Source of the DNA: Candidatus Thorarchaeota archaeon
GTDB lineage: Archaea; Asgardarchaeota; Thorarchaeia; Thorarchaeales; Thorarchaeaceae
Direction of reading: 5' to 3'
DNA length: 29,051 nt
Assembly (NCBI GenBank): GCA_048882045.1
Contig: JBHLRZ010000035.1
Span: 1-29,051, forward strand
The notes beneath the pieces are model-generated. The model made no database searches. It worked only from the letters and a program-made list of their open reading frames with translations, and was not told the DNA's origin. Within the stretch, counting starts at the first letter, position 1. The number at the start of each line of letters is the position of its first letter. The translations under genes were made by a program, and so were the position numbers. This document shows, one piece after another, positions 26,515 through 29,051 of this stretch.

Positions 26515-26597
26515 GTGCCTATTTGGTTCTTTCTTGTCTTTTATGGTATTTTCGCTCTCCAGTATGAATATTAACGTGGGACTGTATCATCTGGGAT

Positions 26598-27353
26598 ATG
26601 GAAGAACTGTCCAAGCTGCTCTTTGAGCTTTCCAATGAGGACCGCTTGAGTATTCTGAGAATCTTAAGTGGGAAACCGACAAAGCTTACGAAGATTTCAT
26701 CTGAGCTTGACCTTACAGTTCAGGAAACATCAAGACATCTGTCAAGGATGTCAAAAGCGGGGCTGATCAGGAAGGGTTCAGATGGAGCGTATTCAACCAC
26801 TCCTTATGGATTTCAGTTACTTGGTGCCCTGCCTTCATTCTCATTCTTCATAGGAAACAAGGACTACTTCATGACTCATACTGTTACGAGCTTGCCCAAG
26901 AAGTTCATCAGTAGGATTGGAGAGCTAGAACATGCTGAATATGTTGAAAATGCAGTTGTCCTTTTTCAACACGTAGACAGTCTCATCTCAAGAGCGAAGA
27001 AGTATGTTTGGATTATGTCGGACCAAGCTCTTTCGAGCACATTCTCCTTACTCGAAGAGAGTTTGGAGAGAGGTGTTGAGTTTAAAGTTATTTTGCCAGC
27101 AGACATTGAAGTACCCAGTATTCCTGAGGACATGCTTCCTGATTTCAGTAAATTTAGAGGAACTCTGATGCAACCTAGGCATCTTGGGAAAGTAAAGCAT
27201 GTTGTGATATTGTCAGATTCTGAAGCTATACTCTCCTTTCCTGATCTTGATGGTCGACTTGACTACATTGGTTTTAGATTGGATGACGACATTGGACATC
27301 AACTATGTAAGGATATGTTTCTATACTATTGGGAAGACGCAGTACCAGTGTAG
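26598..27353 (+). CDS. ArsR-type wHTH transcriptional regulator with DUF1724-like C-terminal domain
   Basis: LFELSNEDRLSIL, LDLTVQETSRHLSRM..AGLI.K..DG.Y..T..G, YF.TH....LP..F..RIGEL, FPDLDGRLDY, C.D.F.YYW. Confidence 0.82.
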   Translation: MEELSKLLFELSNEDRLSILRILSGKPTKLTKISSELDLTVQETSRHLSRMSKAGLIRKGSDGAYSTTPYGFQLLGALPSFSFFIGNKDYFMTHTVTSLPKKFISRIGELEHAEYVENAVVLFQHVDSLISRAKKYVWIMSDQALSSTFSLLEESLERGVEFKVILPADIEVPSIPEDMLPDFSKFRGTLMQPRHLGKVKHVVILSDSEAILSFPDLDGRLDYIGFRLDDDIGHQLCKDMFLYYWEDAVPV

Positions 27354-27365
27354 TTTGAATAATCA

Positions 27366-27869
27366 TCAGGCCGACTTCGTTTTCTCCCAGTCTTTCCTGA
27401 TCGCTGCAAGATGTCCAGTGTGATAGTTCAGATGGGTGAATCCATTCGCTAGCACTTCCCTACAGGACATCCCTACAAAGAACGAGGGTGCTGTCCCCTC
27501 TTCAATCACTCTATCAAAGTCTTCTGGCTTTGCTTTTCGAGCCCATTCAAGCATGTTTGATTCAGTAGCGTCAAAGTATTGTTGAATCTCAGATAATGGG
27601 GTTTCAGCCCAATCCCCAGACGTTCCTGGCCTATACAGCTCGAACATCTGCGGATTCATTGGAGGCCCCTGCCCTATCAACATATTCACTGAGAAGTCAT
27701 AGATAGCCGCTTGGTGAGCAAGAATCCATCCATAAGCAGACATTCCAGATCTTGGACGATATGAGAGGTCACATCCTACTTTAGAGAGAAGCTGAATCTC
27801 CATGTTACGCCACTTTCTTACACTCTTTGCAGCAAGCTCGATATCCTGAATGTTACTCATGATGACCAC
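27366..27869 (-). CDS. DinB-superfamily protein
   Basis: WILAH and HLNYHTGHL His metal triad on a four-helix pattern. Confidence 0.8.
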   Translation of the reverse strand: MVIMSNIQDIELAAKSVRKWRNMEIQLLSKVGCDLSYRPRSGMSAYGWILAHQAAIYDFSVNMLIGQGPPMNPQMFELYRPGTSGDWAETPLSEIQQYFDATESNMLEWARKAKPEDFDRVIEEGTAPSFFVGMSCREVLANGFTHLNYHTGHLAAIRKDWEKTKSA

Positions 27870-27907
27870 ACGGTACTCTGTACTATCATCTTTTTAGAAT
27901 TAGCATC

Positions 27908-27939
27908 AAAGAAAAAGGTGGGAGCGGTGAACCGCTCCC
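27908..27939 (-). terminator. GC-rich hairpin plus U-tract terminator-like element
   Basis: GGGAGCGGT (27920-27928) / ACCGCTCCC (27931-27939), followed on the minus strand by ACCTTTTTCTTT, 8 nt after the stop at 27948. Confidence 0.7.
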
Positions 27940-27947
27940 GGTTTCAA

Positions 27948-29051
27948 TTACTTCACTTTCCTCTCATTATTTATTCTCACACATACAACTGAGATCGCGA
28001 CCACACCAAGAACACCAACAACAACTGAAGAACCAATTAGACCGAATATGTAGGCGCTTGCAGAAAATGGTGTAGTCATCGGAAATACTGAGAAGATTGG
28101 GTCGTGAGTGATTGAGTAGCCATCCCAGTTTGCATAGCACGACGCGTAGTAGGAGGTTGGCCAGAATGCATAGTCACTGACTGCAGATGTCAGTTCATTT
28201 GCAGTCGTACGTACTCCACCATAGTAGGCATAGAAGTACATAGGCATGAAGATAGTTCCAACATCGTAGGTACCTCCATCCTTACCCCAGACATAGGTCC
28301 CTCCAAACTCTACAGTCGAACGAAGAGTCTGCTGCTCAGAGAACCGGATGAATCCATCGACGACCTCGGTTGTTTCAAGGGCATCAGTGGGGGCAGCAGT
28401 GAAATCCACTGGTTCTGTTGAGTCGGTGGTGGGCGGCATTTCTTCGTATCCTGTTCCATTGATACCAATTGGGTCGGTCGGGTCTCCAGGCACAGGTTCA
28501 ATAGGCACCTCAGGAACAATCGTGAAAATGGAGAATGAACTCCAATAGTTCAGAGTAAGTCCAAGACCTTCCAGCTCTTCAGGGATGAGGCCAGTAACAG
28601 GATCAATAAAGTCTCCAACAAACTGGTCAATTTTGATGACCGCAGCAGTATTTGTAGTTTCAAACCTGAATGTGAATTCGACAGCTTCTATGTTTACGGG
28701 AACAGAGTCTTGGTCAACAGGGTCAATAGGTGGCCAGATATCGTAGAAGCAGATATTGACTGGATAGTATTCCACAAGAGTCCCATCGATGTCAACTATT
28801 TCAACACTCCACTCAATCTGGTTGTTCTCATTGATATAGGGTGTGACGACATCTCCAACTCTTGCGTTATCAGCATAGAAATCATAGACGAGTTCAGATG
28901 CTGTCCGATTCAGTTCTGTACTAACCCAATCGACAACACCGTCCCCGTTCCAGTCATATTCAACCTCATCGTATACCAGATCCATTATTCCATTGTCATT
29001 CTTGTCATTGAACACGCTGAGACCAGAGAAGTAGTGTTGCATCCACTCTTC
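27948..29051 (-). CDS. Membrane-anchored acidic surface protein (5'-truncated by the window edge)
   Basis: Frame open to the window end (EEWMQHYF...); DKNDNGIMD and DWNGDGVVD Ca-loop-like motifs, Pro/Thr-rich linker, ITHDPIFSVF, C-terminal TM plus basic tail. Confidence 0.8.
   Translation of the reverse strand, partial: EEWMQHYFSGLSVFNDKNDNGIMDLVYDEVEYDWNGDGVVDWVSTELNRTASELVYDFYADNARVGDVVTPYINENNQIEWSVEIVDIDGTLVEYYPVNICFYDIWPPIDPVDQDSVPVNIEAVEFTFRFETTNTAAVIKIDQFVGDFIDPVTGLIPEELEGLGLTLNYWSSFSIFTIVPEVPIEPVPGDPTDPIGINGTGYEEMPPTTDSTEPVDFTAAPTDALETTEVVDGFIRFSEQQTLRSTVEFGGTYVWGKDGGTYDVGTIFMPMYFYAYYGGVRTTANELTSAVSDYAFWPTSYYASCYANWDGYSITHDPIFSVFPMTTPFSASAYIFGLIGSSVVVGVLGVVAISVVCVRINNERKVK

Noticed and set aside
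1-29051. CRISPR arrays, tRNA/rRNA, transposases, integrases
   Set aside because: No regularly spaced repeats, cloverleaf or recombinase motifs seen by eye; intergenic gaps are short

Overview
A gene-dense archaeal region, most likely from an Asgard archaeon (Thorarchaeota-like). This is inferred from the tandem Lrp/AsnC regulator, the giant Ig-like surface protein with a cytoplasmic longin-like tail, TTG/GTG starts with GGTGA/GGAGG ribosome-binding sites, and TATA-like promoters. It holds about 31 CDS and no recognisable rRNA, tRNA, CRISPR array or mobile element. The content falls into four groups. (1) Cell-surface proteins: a LamG + Ig-like adhesin truncated at the left edge and missed by the ORF track, a 7-bladed SBBP propeller, a 1777-aa Ig-repeat/TM/longin/wHTH receptor-like protein, and a Ca-motif membrane-anchored protein truncated at the right edge. 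(2) Stress, detoxification and repair enzymes: haloalkane dehalogenase, MsrB, VOC, AKR, two MBL hydrolases, AlkZ-like glycosylase, DinB-like, TspO-like. (3) Regulators: RHH, PadR fusion, double Lrp/AsnC, ArsR-like. (4) Several small uncharacterised proteins. The most notable observations are the Ig-TM-longin-wHTH receptor architecture, an apparently circularly permuted MscL, a tandem pair of paralogous ~55-aa membrane microproteins behind an RBS-sequestering hairpin leader and divergent from an Lrp regulator, and two dispersed paralogous Cys/His microproteins flanking a redox/metal gene block. All family calls come from motif recognition by eye, not database searches.
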